From NCBI GenBank assembly GCA_963828125.1, contig CAWHDP010000002.1, forward strand, positions 1,847,165-1,911,164: a DNA stretch of 64,000 nucleotides. Reading direction: 5' to 3'. Of this stretch, positions 37,869 to 48,905 are shown in pieces. Under the pieces are notes generated by a model, which made no database searches, was not told the DNA's origin, and saw only the letters and a program-made list of their open reading frames with translations. The stretch comes from an uncultured Chlamydiae bacterium (GTDB lineage Bacteria > Chlamydiota > Chlamydiia > Chlamydiales > SM23-39). Within the stretch, counting starts at the first letter, position 1. The number at the start of each line of letters is the position of its first letter. A program made the translations under genes and the position numbers.

Positions 37869-40496
37869 ATGGGGTCTTTAGCTGCAGGTCTTTGTTGTTG
37901 GTCGAACAGTTATGGGAGTACGGAACGGCGCATCCAGGTGAGGAACGTCACGCAAGGGGGCAATCATCTCCTCGCAGCTGAGCCTCTCGGCGCCCAGGCG
38001 ATGTGGGCTTGGCCTGTAATGGCTGAGGTGGCTCAGGTTGTCGGCGGAGGGCCCCTGTATGCCTTGGCTCAATTCTTCCGCATCGCATTCAACCCGCTTG
38101 TCAGCTATCCGCTTGCTATTGGTTCCTGCGCGGTCAAAGAGCGGTTTTACGAAGGGAGCGTGGCCGTGACTGCGGCCCCGCAGACGAAATATTTTGTTCG
38201 TGGAGCAGTTACCGACGAGGAGCCCACTCTGGGGACGGTCTCATTGAAGGTGGAGGGTGAGCTCAGACATTTCCTCGTGGGAGAGGAGATCACTTGGACT
38301 GTTGAGAATAGCACGATAGACAACGGGAAGCGTTACTATTTTTCCATGTTGAAGAAGGACGAGGTTTTTGATGATCAATGCCGAGAGATCGATTTGCCGA
38401 ATAAAGGGAAAGTTCGGGTGCGGCTCGGATGGGAGATAGACGAAAAGTTTATTGCGAAAACGGAAGGGGGAAGGACGAATTATTACCGTTTAGGGAATGA
38501 GGTGGCAAAGCCCATCCCAGAGGTGGTATGTGCGGGAGGGCGCGCTCGTAAGCGTGTGAGGATGGAAGAGGTGGCTCAGGAGCGGCCGGATTCTGTGAAG
38601 ATCGAAGCTGATGCATTGACTCTCTATTATGACACAGGGCTGGAAATCGACGCTCCCAGAGATGGCTCCTATAGCTTTATGATCAACGGCCAGCAGAGAC
38701 ACTTTGCGAGCGCCAAATATGTCAGTAGTCCCAGTTTGGGACTGTCTGGTGTATGGAATCTGATCTCCAAACTTCCGATCAAACTGCCCACTCGACTCAG
38801 CCGTTTCGCGACGCGAACCTTCGATTGGCTGAGTGCAAATATGAGCCAGATCATCCGGATTGCACTGACTGTTTCTGGAGTTGTTTTTGCCTTTTTCGGA
38901 CACGGCTATATGGCGCTCGGAGTGTTAGCTGCCGTTTCATACGAATACCTCAACCACGACTTAGGGGTCATTCCGAGGAGGGTGAGCCTCTTTATGGAGA
39001 GATGGATGCCGGCGATCTCGATGGTAGGGCTTTTGATCGTGGGCTCTTTGACGAGCCAGATCATGGCTGGAGCGAGCCTTCTCCTCATGATCGCATCCGT
39101 AAATGTTTGGACTCATCACAAAGTCAGCAAGGCAGTCCGAGCTGTCCTCTTAGGGACGAAAGGTCTCATCAGAAGACTCGTCGAGCGCAAGGGAGGCGAA
39201 GTCTCGAATGTGGATGCATCCTATAAACTGCTCGAAGAGTTCCCCACGTTAGAGCAGTCCGAGGCGCCTTTTAACGACAGGAAGACATTGAATTTTGAAG
39301 AGATTCAGGCGATCTTAGATGCGAATGACGATCGGTATAGGATCAATCCAACGCATTTAACGAAGAACTTTGAGCCCCCTTTGAAGCTTGCAGAAAACTG
39401 GGATTTCGGCGAGTTGATCCGTCTTTGGGACAAGATCGGAGAGGGTTGGACTCAGCCTGACACGGCGAGGCGTTTATTAAGTAGGGCGGTCGATGACAAA
39501 CGATTTATCGATTTTCTCAAAGTCAGATTCCCCGAGGCCAAGCGGTTCCATTACAAGGAAAATGAGGATCCACAGCGCCAGCGGGCGGCCCTAACCATGC
39601 ATAAAAAGCAGATCGAAGGCTACGTTGAGATTTTGGCGAAAGAGAAAGGGTGTAGCTCAGAGCGATTCATCGCGGACTGGATCAAGGAGCAACTTAGATG
39701 TTTTGTAGAGAAACTCGAGGGACGTCGTCCTAGCGAGGGGCAGCATCGGTTTCTCTGCGACGCCGCCGAAAATACGGCACAGATCATCCCTTTCCTGCTC
39801 GATCCCAAAACCTTTCGTCTTTACGTGGAAGACGCCCTCGAAAAGATCGCTGTCGAGGGGGGAGATTATTGCGCTTTGGGAATGTGGCGCGCTTCCAACG
39901 AGGTCAAAGAGGGGTTTGTAGAGCCGCTGAGACAAGAGGCTCTGCAGTCTATGGAGCCACAAAAGGCGTTTGAATGTGAAGTGATGAACACTCTGCAAAG
40001 GATGAGATTGGCCGGAGGGCAGGCGTTTTTTAGAGAGGCGACTACCTGGTTGCAAAACAAAGAGGAGACGCAGGATACGGCTGCAGATATTCACCTCCAT
40101 CAAGCTATGACTCATGCATTGGGGCGGGGTTTGCTTCCTCTGCCAGAAAAAGAAAGGAACGATTTTTCTTTCATCGAACTCATGTTGAACCAGACGCTGT
40201 TTCTTCCCCCTCAGATTGAGTTATTGAGACAATATCGGAGATGGTTGGATGATGCGGGTACGGGAATCGCAAATCTGGCTATTGATCGGACCGATGTACG
40301 CCGAAACAAGGTTCTGGAATACTTGAGAGCTTGGGTGAACACAAATGACGCCCTTTCAGCTCAACAAAAAGAGACGCTCCTCACAGGGCCTTTATTGAAT
40401 GACGACGAATCGAGGGCTGACTACAACAATCCCCCCAAGTGGAATCGGCTCTTCATGGTGGTTCTCGGCATCCTCGAGGAAAAACAGGGGCCATAA
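37869..40496 (+). CDS. Large hypothetical membrane protein (875 aa), candidate effector
   Basis: GAGG SD, beta-rich repeat region, central TM cluster, helical C-terminal domain with EGGDYCALG. Confidence 0.75.
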   Translation: MGSLAAGLCCWSNSYGSTERRIQVRNVTQGGNHLLAAEPLGAQAMWAWPVMAEVAQVVGGGPLYALAQFFRIAFNPLVSYPLAIGSCAVKERFYEGSVAVTAAPQTKYFVRGAVTDEEPTLGTVSLKVEGELRHFLVGEEITWTVENSTIDNGKRYYFSMLKKDEVFDDQCREIDLPNKGKVRVRLGWEIDEKFIAKTEGGRTNYYRLGNEVAKPIPEVVCAGGRARKRVRMEEVAQERPDSVKIEADALTLYYDTGLEIDAPRDGSYSFMINGQQRHFASAKYVSSPSLGLSGVWNLISKLPIKLPTRLSRFATRTFDWLSANMSQIIRIALTVSGVVFAFFGHGYMALGVLAAVSYEYLNHDLGVIPRRVSLFMERWMPAISMVGLLIVGSLTSQIMAGASLLLMIASVNVWTHHKVSKAVRAVLLGTKGLIRRLVERKGGEVSNVDASYKLLEEFPTLEQSEAPFNDRKTLNFEEIQAILDANDDRYRINPTHLTKNFEPPLKLAENWDFGELIRLWDKIGEGWTQPDTARRLLSRAVDDKRFIDFLKVRFPEAKRFHYKENEDPQRQRAALTMHKKQIEGYVEILAKEKGCSSERFIADWIKEQLRCFVEKLEGRRPSEGQHRFLCDAAENTAQIIPFLLDPKTFRLYVEDALEKIAVEGGDYCALGMWRASNEVKEGFVEPLRQEALQSMEPQKAFECEVMNTLQRMRLAGGQAFFREATTWLQNKEETQDTAADIHLHQAMTHALGRGLLPLPEKERNDFSFIELMLNQTLFLPPQIELLRQYRRWLDDAGTGIANLAIDRTDVRRNKVLEYLRAWVNTNDALSAQQKETLLTGPLLNDDESRADYNNPPKWNRLFMVVLGILEEKQGP

Positions 40497-40500
40497 GCCC

Positions 40501-43029
40501 CTATTTCTTCGCGAGTACGGTTTTTTCTTCGAGAGCGGCGTCTGGCTCCTCATCGATGAAAATGATCTGGCCCTCTTTGGCGGAGACGAGGTATTTTTTC
40601 GTCTGGTTCGGGTTTTGGAGCAATTTCTCGGAGAGGGGATCTTCGAGGAACTGTTCGATGATCCGGCGGAGCGGCCGCGCCCCCATCTCGGGCAAGTAGC
40701 CCTTCTCGACGAGGAGATCCCGTGCGGAGTTGTCGATAGCGACGAAGATATGCTTTTTCTCGAGGCGCCCCCTCAATTTATTGAATTCGAGATCGACGAC
40801 TGAGCGGAGAGCGACTTTATCTAATGTGCGGAAGATGACGAGTCCGTCTAAACGGTTGATGAATTCGGGTTTGAAGTGTTTTTTCACAGCCCCTTCGATC
40901 TTCTCCTCCATCAACTTGTAATCCATGAGGCTCTCTTTCACCCCAAAACCGACCTCAGTCGATTTTCGGATCAGATCGGCCCCCAAGTTGGAGGTCATGA
41001 TGACGATGGTATTCCGGAAGTCGATCTTCCTGCCGACGGAATCGGTGAGCCGCCCCTCTTCGAGAATTTGGAGGAGCAGATTCATCACATCGGGGTGAGC
41101 TTTTTCGACCTCGTCGAATAAAATCACCGAATAGGGGCGTCTTCGAACCTGTTCTGTGAGCTGGCCCCCCTCTTCATAACCGACGTATCCTGGAGGCGAA
41201 CCTGTCATCCGGCTGATCGCAAATTTCTCCATGTACTCGGACATGTCGACCTGGATCAGAGCGTCTTCGCCGCCGAACATATGAGAGGCGAGCAAACGGG
41301 CTAAATGGGTCTTCCCAACCCCGGTGGGTCCGAGGAAAAGGAAGGCGCCGATCGGCCGGTTCGGATCTTTGATATCGGCCCTGCTTCTCCGGATCGCCCT
41401 GCAAACTGTACCGAGGGCGTCATCCTGGCCGATGATCTTGAGCTTGAGCTCCTGTTCCATTTTCAGCACTTTTTCGGTCTCCCCTTCGGTCAAACGGGTC
41501 ACCGGTATGCCTGTCTGCTTGGCCACGATATTTGCAATATCCTCTTCATCGACAATCGGCTGATGCTCGTCTTTATGCGACTCCCATTCGGCGCGAGTTT
41601 TCTGCAAATCTTCTCTTAAATGTTTTTCGTTATCTCTCAGCTTCGCCGCCTTTTCGTATTCCTGGTGGCCGATGGCCTCCTCTTTCGCTACGCGGGCCTG
41701 CTCAATTTTCTCTTCCAGCTCGGTTAGATTCGACGGCTGATGCATCATGGAGATGCGGGCTTTCGCTCCCGCCTCGTCGAGTAAATCGATCGCCTTATCG
41801 GGCAAAAATCTTCCCGAAATATAGCGCTCCGACTGGTAGACGGCCGCTTTCACAGCGGCGTCTGTATAGATGCACTTGTGATGCTCTTCGTATTTCGGCT
41901 TCAGCCCGGTCAAGATCAAGATACTCTCTTCCACAGAAGGGGGCTGGACGATAATCTTTTGGAATCTCCGCTCCAAGGCAGGATCCTTCTCGATATGCTT
42001 CCGGTACTCGTCGAGCGTCGTAGCGCCGATGCACTGGATTTCCCCCCGAGACAAAGCGGGCTTCAGGATATTGGAGGCGTCGATCGCCCCCTCTGCGGCG
42101 CCAGCCCCAACGATCGTGTGGATTTCGTCAATGAATAGAAGGACGTTCCCGTTCTTCTTGATCTCGTCCATCACTGCCTTGATCCGCTCTTCGAACTGGC
42201 CTCTATATTTCGTGCCGGCAATCATTAAAGTCAGATCCAAGGAAATCAACTTTTTTTTCCTGAGATTATCCGGGACGTCGCCTCGGACGATCGCGTGGGC
42301 AAGCCCCTCGACGATGGCTGTTTTGCCAACCCCTGCCTCGCCAATCAAAACCGGATTGTTTTTGCGCCGTCTGCACAGGATTAAAATCAGCCGCTCGACC
42401 TCGTCTCTCCTCCCGATGACCGGATCCATTTTCCCTTCGCGGCAAAGCTCGGTCAAATCGTGGCCGTACGCCCGGAGCGCCGGCATTTTATCAGTCACAG
42501 GGGCCGACCCGGACGACATCCGCTCTTGCGGAGCATTCGGTTGCCCATTGGCTGGAGGAGGGTTGGCTCCCATCGGCGGCAATTGGAGATTGAACGTCTC
42601 AAGCTCTTTCAGCACCTCTTTCCGAATCTCTTTCAGATTCACATTCAGATTCTCGAGGACCTGCGCCGCCACCCCGTCGGTTTGGCGGAGAAGAGCGAGT
42701 AAAAGGTGTTCCGTCCCCACATAATTATGGTTCAGACTGGCCGCCTCTTCGTTTGCATATTCAAACACTTTCTTGACTTTTCCAGTCAGAGCCGGATCCC
42801 CATAGACCTGTATTTCTGGCCCAAAGCCAATCATCCGCTCCACTTCGGCCCGGATCGCCTCATAGTCGAGATTCATGTTTCTCAGTACGTTGACCGCAAT
42901 GCCTTGACCTAGTTTTAACAGCCCTAAAAGGACATGTTCTGTGCCTAAGTAATTGTGGTTCAGTCGCTGCGCCTCTTTTTTAGCGAGCTTGATGACCTGT
43001 TTTGCGCGATTGGTGAATTTATCAAACAT
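40501..43029 (-). CDS. clpC: ATP-dependent Clp protease ATPase subunit ClpC
   Basis: Two Clp-N repeats ([14 protein letters not shown]), [11 protein letters not shown] coiled coil, [16 protein letters not shown]. Confidence 0.97.
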   Translation of the reverse strand: MFDKFTNRAKQVIKLAKKEAQRLNHNYLGTEHVLLGLLKLGQGIAVNVLRNMNLDYEAIRAEVERMIGFGPEIQVYGDPALTGKVKKVFEYANEEAASLNHNYVGTEHLLLALLRQTDGVAAQVLENLNVNLKEIRKEVLKELETFNLQLPPMGANPPPANGQPNAPQERMSSGSAPVTDKMPALRAYGHDLTELCREGKMDPVIGRRDEVERLILILCRRRKNNPVLIGEAGVGKTAIVEGLAHAIVRGDVPDNLRKKKLISLDLTLMIAGTKYRGQFEERIKAVMDEIKKNGNVLLFIDEIHTIVGAGAAEGAIDASNILKPALSRGEIQCIGATTLDEYRKHIEKDPALERRFQKIIVQPPSVEESILILTGLKPKYEEHHKCIYTDAAVKAAVYQSERYISGRFLPDKAIDLLDEAGAKARISMMHQPSNLTELEEKIEQARVAKEEAIGHQEYEKAAKLRDNEKHLREDLQKTRAEWESHKDEHQPIVDEEDIANIVAKQTGIPVTRLTEGETEKVLKMEQELKLKIIGQDDALGTVCRAIRRSRADIKDPNRPIGAFLFLGPTGVGKTHLARLLASHMFGGEDALIQVDMSEYMEKFAISRMTGSPPGYVGYEEGGQLTEQVRRRPYSVILFDEVEKAHPDVMNLLLQILEEGRLTDSVGRKIDFRNTIVIMTSNLGADLIRKSTEVGFGVKESLMDYKLMEEKIEGAVKKHFKPEFINRLDGLVIFRTLDKVALRSVVDLEFNKLRGRLEKKHIFVAIDNSARDLLVEKGYLPEMGARPLRRIIEQFLEDPLSEKLLQNPNQTKKYLVSAKEGQIIFIDEEPDAALEEKTVLAKK

Positions 43030-43154
43030 GAGGAACCCTTTTCTTTATTATAACCCTTTCGAGTTTTTTTCTCGACATCCTAGGCAAAATGTTGGTAGTC
43101 TCAAAGATCTTTCTAATAAAGCCTCTATCATTCTTTGTGAAGTGAAATTTTTTT

Positions 43155-43862
43155 ATGCTCGAAATCTTAGACACTGGAGCAGACTCGGCTATCGCCAATA
43201 TGCGATTCGACGAGAAGCTCTTAGAGACATTAGAGCCGCACGGCTCTCCGATTCTCCACCTATATGGATGGAGCCGCCCTTCGGCCACGTACGGCTATTT
43301 CATCCGGCCTGAAAATCATCTCGATCTCAAAAAAGCCGAAGACCATCAAATGGATCTTGCCCGTAGACCCACCGGCGGCGGGATCGTCTTTCACATTTGG
43401 GATTTAGCCTTCTCTTTTCTGATGCCGGCAGCTCACCCCCGTTTTTCTCTCGGCACATTGGACAACTACCGGTTCGTCAACGGCGCTGTATTACAAACTG
43501 TCCAAGAATATTTTCATTGTTCTCCAGAATTGATCCCCCAAGACGCCCCATCAGCCTCTTCCGACGGCCGCCATTTTTGCATGGCAGGGCCGACCCGATA
43601 CGACGTGGTCTGCCAGGGGATGAAAATCGCCGGCGCCGCTCAGAGAAAAACGCGGCAAGGCTATCTGCATCAGGGAACCCTTTCACTCGGCGCCCCGAAC
43701 ATCGAATTGTTACATGATCTCCTCCCCTCCAAACAGGAAGTTCTGCAGGCGATGAGTTCTTCGACCTTTGCGCCAGTAAAAGAGATCAATCGATTGCCCA
43801 AAATCCGTAAGGAGCTACAAAAACTCCTTGCCGACAAACTCCGCAACGCCCTAGAATTTTAG
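43155..43862 (+). CDS. lplA: Lipoate-protein ligase / octanoyltransferase family protein
   Basis: NMRFDE, RRPTGGGIVFH, KIAGAAQ, HQGT; divergent from clpC as in Chlamydia. Confidence 0.85.
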   Translation: MLEILDTGADSAIANMRFDEKLLETLEPHGSPILHLYGWSRPSATYGYFIRPENHLDLKKAEDHQMDLARRPTGGGIVFHIWDLAFSFLMPAAHPRFSLGTLDNYRFVNGAVLQTVQEYFHCSPELIPQDAPSASSDGRHFCMAGPTRYDVVCQGMKIAGAAQRKTRQGYLHQGTLSLGAPNIELLHDLLPSKQEVLQAMSSSTFAPVKEINRLPKIRKELQKLLADKLRNALEF

Positions 43863-43865
43863 CCT

Positions 43866-45371
43866 ATGACAAAACAAAAAGCTCGCACAGCCATCACCCC
43901 GACTCGCGAAGAGAACTACCCAGAGTGGTATCAATCCGTTTTGAAAGCCGCCGATTTAGCCGAACACTCGCCCGTGCGCGGCTGCATGGTCATTAAGCCT
44001 TGGGGTTATGCCATCTGGGAGAACATCCAGAAAATTTTAGACGGAGCTTTTAAAGCGACAGGGCACCAGAACGCCTATTTTCCCCTCTTCATCCCCCTTA
44101 GCTACATGGAGAAAGAGGCCCAGCACGTCGAAGGATTTGCCAAAGAGTGCGCGGTCGTCACCCATCACCGCCTGGAGAAGGGGACAGACGGGAAACTCGT
44201 CCCCGCAGGCGAACTCGAAGAGCCGCTGATCGTCCGCCCCACCTCGGAGATGATCATCGGCCACACCTTTGCCAAGTGGGTCGAATCGTACCGCGATCTT
44301 CCCCTGTTGATTAACCAATGGGCCAATGTAGTCCGCTGGGAAATGCGGACCCGGATGTTCCTCAGAACCACCGAATTTCTCTGGCAGGAAGGGCACACCG
44401 TACACGCCACGGCGGAAGAGGCGATGGGTGAGACGAAAAAGATGCTCGAAGTCTATTCCGATTTTTGCCAAACGTACCTTGCCCTCCCTGTGATTCGAGG
44501 GGAGAAGAGCGAATCGGAGCGGTTTCCAGGAGCGGTCCATACGTACACCATCGAGGCGATGATGCAGGACAGAAAAGCGCTTCAGTGCGGAACCTCCCAT
44601 TTCCTTGGCCAAAACTTCGCCAAGTCATGCGGCATCCAATTTCAGAACATCGACGGGAACCAAGAATATGGGTGGACCACCTCGTGGGGCGCTACAACTC
44701 GTCTAATCGGCGCGATGATTATGACTCACAGCGACGACGACGGACTCGTGCTGCCCCCCCGAATTGCCTCCGCCCACCTCGTCATCCTCCCGATCATTCA
44801 CACTGACGAGGCCCGCCCCAAAGTGCTCCAAACCTGCGAGGAGCTTGCCGCCCGTCTGAAAAAAATCGACTACCAAGGACAGCCCCTCCGCGTGATCATC
44901 GATGCGCGCGATCTCCGCAGCGGTGAAAAATCGTGGCAATGGATCAAGAAGGGGATCCCGCTCAGGCTTGAAGTGGGCCTGAGAGAGATCGAAGCGGGCC
45001 AATTCAATATTTGCCGGAGGGACAAACCTCACCGTGAAGTTTCCCCGTTCTCTGAACAGGCCGTTGTGCCGCTTCTCGAGGAGATCCAGGAACATTTATT
45101 GGCGAAGGCCGTCGCCTTCCGCGACCGGTATACCGTTGAGATCGACGACAAAAAAGAATTCTACGACTTTTTTAGCGGGAAAGGGGAGGAGATCCACGGC
45201 GGTTTTGCTCTCTGCCATTGGAATAGAGATCCAGCCATTGAAGCAAAGCTCAAAGAGGATCTGAATGTGACGATCCGGTGTATCCCATTCCATCTGCCTG
45301 CGCAGCCGGGCCGGTGTTTATTTACCGGGGAGCCGAGTCCGCAAAGAGTGATTTTCGCCAAGTCCTATTAA
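43866..45371 (+). CDS. proS: Proline--tRNA ligase (archaeal/eukaryote-like type)
   Basis: VRPTSE, NQWANVVRWE, FLRTTEFLWQEGH, QCGTSHFLGQNF, C-terminal FAKSY. Confidence 0.97.
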   Translation: MTKQKARTAITPTREENYPEWYQSVLKAADLAEHSPVRGCMVIKPWGYAIWENIQKILDGAFKATGHQNAYFPLFIPLSYMEKEAQHVEGFAKECAVVTHHRLEKGTDGKLVPAGELEEPLIVRPTSEMIIGHTFAKWVESYRDLPLLINQWANVVRWEMRTRMFLRTTEFLWQEGHTVHATAEEAMGETKKMLEVYSDFCQTYLALPVIRGEKSESERFPGAVHTYTIEAMMQDRKALQCGTSHFLGQNFAKSCGIQFQNIDGNQEYGWTTSWGATTRLIGAMIMTHSDDDGLVLPPRIASAHLVILPIIHTDEARPKVLQTCEELAARLKKIDYQGQPLRVIIDARDLRSGEKSWQWIKKGIPLRLEVGLREIEAGQFNICRRDKPHREVSPFSEQAVVPLLEEIQEHLLAKAVAFRDRYTVEIDDKKEFYDFFSGKGEEIHGGFALCHWNRDPAIEAKLKEDLNVTIRCIPFHLPAQPGRCLFTGEPSPQRVIFAKSY

Positions 45372-45444
45372 ATTTTTTCACGCGGAGCTTGAATCCAATC
45401 TCACTATTTGCTAACATGATGTCTCTTTTTCCAAAGAGTGTTCC

Positions 45445-47448
45445 ATGCTCGAGTTTTTTCGGATCTATCAGCGTTACTTTTTCCTAGTGATCAGTGTTGT
45501 TCTTGTCTGCTCGCTTTTGTTTTTTGGGACGTACAGCACCTTTGGCGGCGGCGAGGAGCGTCCCGACCTGACCATTGGCCAAAAGATCGACGGCTCCTCA
45601 ATGACCCTCTTCGAAGTGCAAAAGCTCTCCCGTTTCATCGCGGCCGACAGGGAGGATGTGCCTGAGAGCCGAGGCGCCCTCCCCAACCTTTGCAACGACG
45701 GCGTGATCCGCTACGATTTTCTTAAAGACGGGCTAGCGAGCCTCATCGTTGGCCCGTATTTTGACGCTCTGAAAGGGGAGTTGGAAGATCGCCTTGAGAG
45801 AATCAAACGGTTTAAGCCCTACGTCCACCCGGAGGCCTCTTTTCTCAGTGCGAAGACCATCTGGAATCAATTCGTCCCCGAAATAAATCGGGAGATCGGC
45901 GGCTTGCAAGGGGAGAGCGCCGCCTCCCTCTCCGTGTTTTCCCGCCTCGAGCGGCTGTATCAACTGCAGGGGAGACTTCAGCCTGAAACGCTCCGCCAGA
46001 TCCTCATCTACCAGCACCGGCAGTACCCTTGGCTCACCGTCGATCAGAGGCTCTCCTATGAGGATCTCTCCCTCTTTGGTTTCCATTCGGCGAGCGACTG
46101 GTTTGGCCGCCGCTTTATCGATCTCATCTCCGAGTTTATATTGAACGCCGCCGCTGCTGCTGAGGGAAAAGGGTATCGGGTCAGCCTCCAGGAGGCAAAA
46201 GGGGACTTGATTCACCATTTCCAAGAGTCGATTCAAAAACTGACTGACGCGAAAGCGAACCCTGAAATCAGCTTCCACAGCCACCTCCGGACTCTCGGTT
46301 TCGATGAGAAATCGGCCTCAGAGGTGTGGCGCAAAGTGCTTCTCTTCCGCCGTTATTTTCAGGACGTCGGCGCAGCCGCCTTTGTCGATCGGCTCCCCTA
46401 CAAAGATTTCGCCGAATACGCCAAAGAGGCGGCCGTTGTCCAAACCTATCGCTGGCCTATCGTCCTCCGCAATCATCAAGATCTCGCCGAATTCCGATTT
46501 TATGTGAAAGCGATTTCCCCCAAAGGGACCACCCTTTTGCCGACAGCGATTTTACCGGTCGAAGAGGTCGAAAAAAAGGTGCCTCAGCTCGTCTCTAGAA
46601 CCTATCGCGGCGCCGTTGCCGAAGTGTCCAAAAAAGAGCTCGCGTTGAGGGCCACCTTAAAGCAAATTTGGGATTGGGAGACCGACGAATCTCATTGGCC
46701 TCTATTGAAAAACCAATTTTCACTGCCAACAGCTCAAGATGTGAACGAGCGGTTCAAAATTTTAGAGCAGCTGGAAGCTACAAAACGGACCGAAATCGAC
46801 GCTTGGGTGCGGGAGAAACTGGTCGATGAGAATCCTATTTGGCTCGAAGAGGCCCTCGCCTCCGCCCCCAAAAATGAGAAAACCTGGACTGTTTCCGGCG
46901 CTGAGACGCCCTACGACTCTCCCTATATTCGCGTTGAACATCAAGAGCTTGTCCAGGAAAAACACATTCTCCCATTCAATGAGGCGAGAGAAGCCCTTGC
47001 CAAGCTCGTTCCGAAAACGGCCGAGGAAGAGTACGATCCGAGAAAAAGCCCCTTTGCGCTTATCGGGAAAGAGGCTCTCGCCGCCTTAGAGCAGGACAGG
47101 GGAGATCTCCGCTGGGTCCAGAGCGGCGCCGACCCTCTGCTCGATCAATTTAAGTTAGAAAGAACAGAGCAAACGATTTTGCGCACTTCAAAAGAGGATT
47201 GGATGAAAGAACAAGTATTTCTACTCTCCGTTGGCCTCTGGTCTCCCATACATGTAGCTGAGAATGGGGAAGTTGCCTTTTTTTATGTACAAGAGAAAAA
47301 GACAAATCCTGTCCCTATTCTGGATCAACTTGCCTTTGGCAAGGAAACGTTGGCGGCCGACGCCAAGGCCTATGTTGCAGAAAAGTTGCTGCACGCAATC
47401 AAAAAGAAACAAGCAATCGTGATCCCCATCCAAAAGGAGGATGAATGA
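45445..47448 (+). CDS. Conserved chlamydial protein (CT283-like; N-terminal TM anchor)
   Basis: MLEFFRIYQRYFF plus TM, NDGVI, FGF...DWFG; upstream of gcvH as in Chlamydia. Confidence 0.75.
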   Translation: MLEFFRIYQRYFFLVISVVLVCSLLFFGTYSTFGGGEERPDLTIGQKIDGSSMTLFEVQKLSRFIAADREDVPESRGALPNLCNDGVIRYDFLKDGLASLIVGPYFDALKGELEDRLERIKRFKPYVHPEASFLSAKTIWNQFVPEINREIGGLQGESAASLSVFSRLERLYQLQGRLQPETLRQILIYQHRQYPWLTVDQRLSYEDLSLFGFHSASDWFGRRFIDLISEFILNAAAAAEGKGYRVSLQEAKGDLIHHFQESIQKLTDAKANPEISFHSHLRTLGFDEKSASEVWRKVLLFRRYFQDVGAAAFVDRLPYKDFAEYAKEAAVVQTYRWPIVLRNHQDLAEFRFYVKAISPKGTTLLPTAILPVEEVEKKVPQLVSRTYRGAVAEVSKKELALRATLKQIWDWETDESHWPLLKNQFSLPTAQDVNERFKILEQLEATKRTEIDAWVREKLVDENPIWLEEALASAPKNEKTWTVSGAETPYDSPYIRVEHQELVQEKHILPFNEAREALAKLVPKTAEEEYDPRKSPFALIGKEALAALEQDRGDLRWVQSGADPLLDQFKLERTEQTILRTSKEDWMKEQVFLLSVGLWSPIHVAENGEVAFFYVQEKKTNPVPILDQLAFGKETLAADAKAYVAEKLLHAIKKKQAIVIPIQKEDE

Positions 47449-48089
47449 GCCTATTTGAAGATCTTCCGGCCCTTTCCCCCGTTCAATTTTTCGGGCTTAC
47501 GGCCGATTCCCAATTTATCCGAGGCGTCCTCAAACCGGAGAAGACCCATCTCCTTCCCTCTACGAGCGACCTCTTAGACGAAGAGTCGTTTGCCGACGTC
47601 TATAGCGCTTGGAACTTTGAGAAGCTCTGTTTTTATATTGCCGTCCACCGCCCTTTTCAAAAGATAGGGGAGCCCGATTTTCGGAAAGGGGAGAGCGTCG
47701 AGCTTTTCATCGACACTCGCGATCTCAAAACGACAGCGGAGAGGACCCCTTATTGCCACCATTTTGTCTTTTTCCCCGTCCTCTATCAGAACTTTCTCGG
47801 CAGGGAGATCACCCGCTTCCGCAATGAAGAGACCCACCGCCTCTGCCATCCCGAAGATCTCCAAATCACCGCCGACCTCGACGATTCCTCCTATCGCCTC
47901 TCCATCGAGATTCCGTCCCACTGCCTCCACGGTTATGATCCCCTCAGTTTTTCCCGCATCGGGTTCACCTATCGGATCAACCGGACCGAAGGGCCCCCGC
48001 AGCACTTTGCCGTCTCCTCGGAGGAGTACAACATCGAGCAGCACCCAGCCACGTGGGGAACCCTCAAACTCCTCAAAGACAGCGAATGA
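47445..48089 (+). CDS. Hypothetical protein, possible DOMON/CBM9-like beta-sandwich
   Basis: ESVELFIDTRDLK, Y.LSIEIP, IGFTYRIN; ATGA overlaps on both sides. Confidence 0.7.
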   Translation: MSLFEDLPALSPVQFFGLTADSQFIRGVLKPEKTHLLPSTSDLLDEESFADVYSAWNFEKLCFYIAVHRPFQKIGEPDFRKGESVELFIDTRDLKTTAERTPYCHHFVFFPVLYQNFLGREITRFRNEETHRLCHPEDLQITADLDDSSYRLSIEIPSHCLHGYDPLSFSRIGFTYRINRTEGPPQHFAVSSEEYNIEQHPATWGTLKLLKDSE

Positions 48090-48451
48090 AGCACTATACT
48101 GAATCGCACGAATGGATTGAACTCAACGGGAAAGCGGGGACTGTCGGCGTGACCCACTACGCGCAAAACGAACTCGGGGAGATCGTCTACATCGAGCTCC
48201 CCAAGCTCGGCCTTCACGTGAAAGCAGGCCAAGAGGTCGCCGTCCTCGAGTCGACCAAAGCGGCCGCCGACGTTTATGCCCCTATGTCTGGCAAAATCAT
48301 CGCCGTGAACGAGGCCCTTCGGGAGAACCCCGCCTCGATCAATCAGAGTCCCGAAAGCGCCTCCTGGCTTTTCCAAATCGAGATCACCCACCCAAAAGAA
48401 CTCGATCACCTCTTGACCGAGCAGCGCTATCAAGCCCTCATTGCGCATTAA
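48086..48451 (+). CDS. gcvH: Glycine cleavage system H protein
   Basis: YTESHEW, LGEIVYIELP, LESTKAA (lipoyl Lys), INQSPE...W. Confidence 0.95.
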   Translation: MKHYTESHEWIELNGKAGTVGVTHYAQNELGEIVYIELPKLGLHVKAGQEVAVLESTKAAADVYAPMSGKIIAVNEALRENPASINQSPESASWLFQIEITHPKELDHLLTEQRYQALIAH

Positions 48452-48460
48452 AGATCTGGG

Positions 48461-48828
48461 CTGGACATTGGGCATTTCTCAGCGCTGGGCGTCCAGGGCT
48501 TTGACTTGGATTCAAAATCCAAGTGATTGGCCGATGATTGTATACATGTCTAGCCCGCATTTCTCACAGAGCGGAAGAAGTTCGCGAATAAAAGGCATTT
48601 TGTACTTTAAAAACACCAAAACCAGGTGATGGGGATTGATTTTTTAAGGATGAGTGAATTTTTTGACCCGACTGTCGCAAAAATTGGCGTCTAGAAATAA
48701 AAACAGACCGTTTCTGAGGAATTTCTAGGCAGCCCGAACCGTTTTGACGTCTATGCGCTCTAAAAATTGAGACAGTTTTTATCCCGAAATCTCCTCTCAT
48801 TTTTTTCTCCCGACATTGCGGATAGGCT
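48461..48828. mobile_element. Stack of short degenerate element ends upstream of the RHS gene
   Basis: Family A at 48461-48487, family C at 48515-48544, family D at 48550-48567, and TTGCGGATAGGCT (48816-48828) related to 21301-21313. No transposase ORF. Confidence 0.55.
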
Positions 48829-48905
48829 CGTCAAGTCACATTTTTATTTGGTAGACAATAAAATATTTTATACTCCATACTGGGCCTGCGCATTTTTTGT
48901 GGTGT

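Noticed and set aside
43030-43154. Heat-shock operator (CIRCE/CtsR) upstream of clpC
   Set aside because: No TTAGCACTC-N9-GAGTGCTAA or GGTCAAA direct repeat; only a short TCGAG/CTCGA hairpin.
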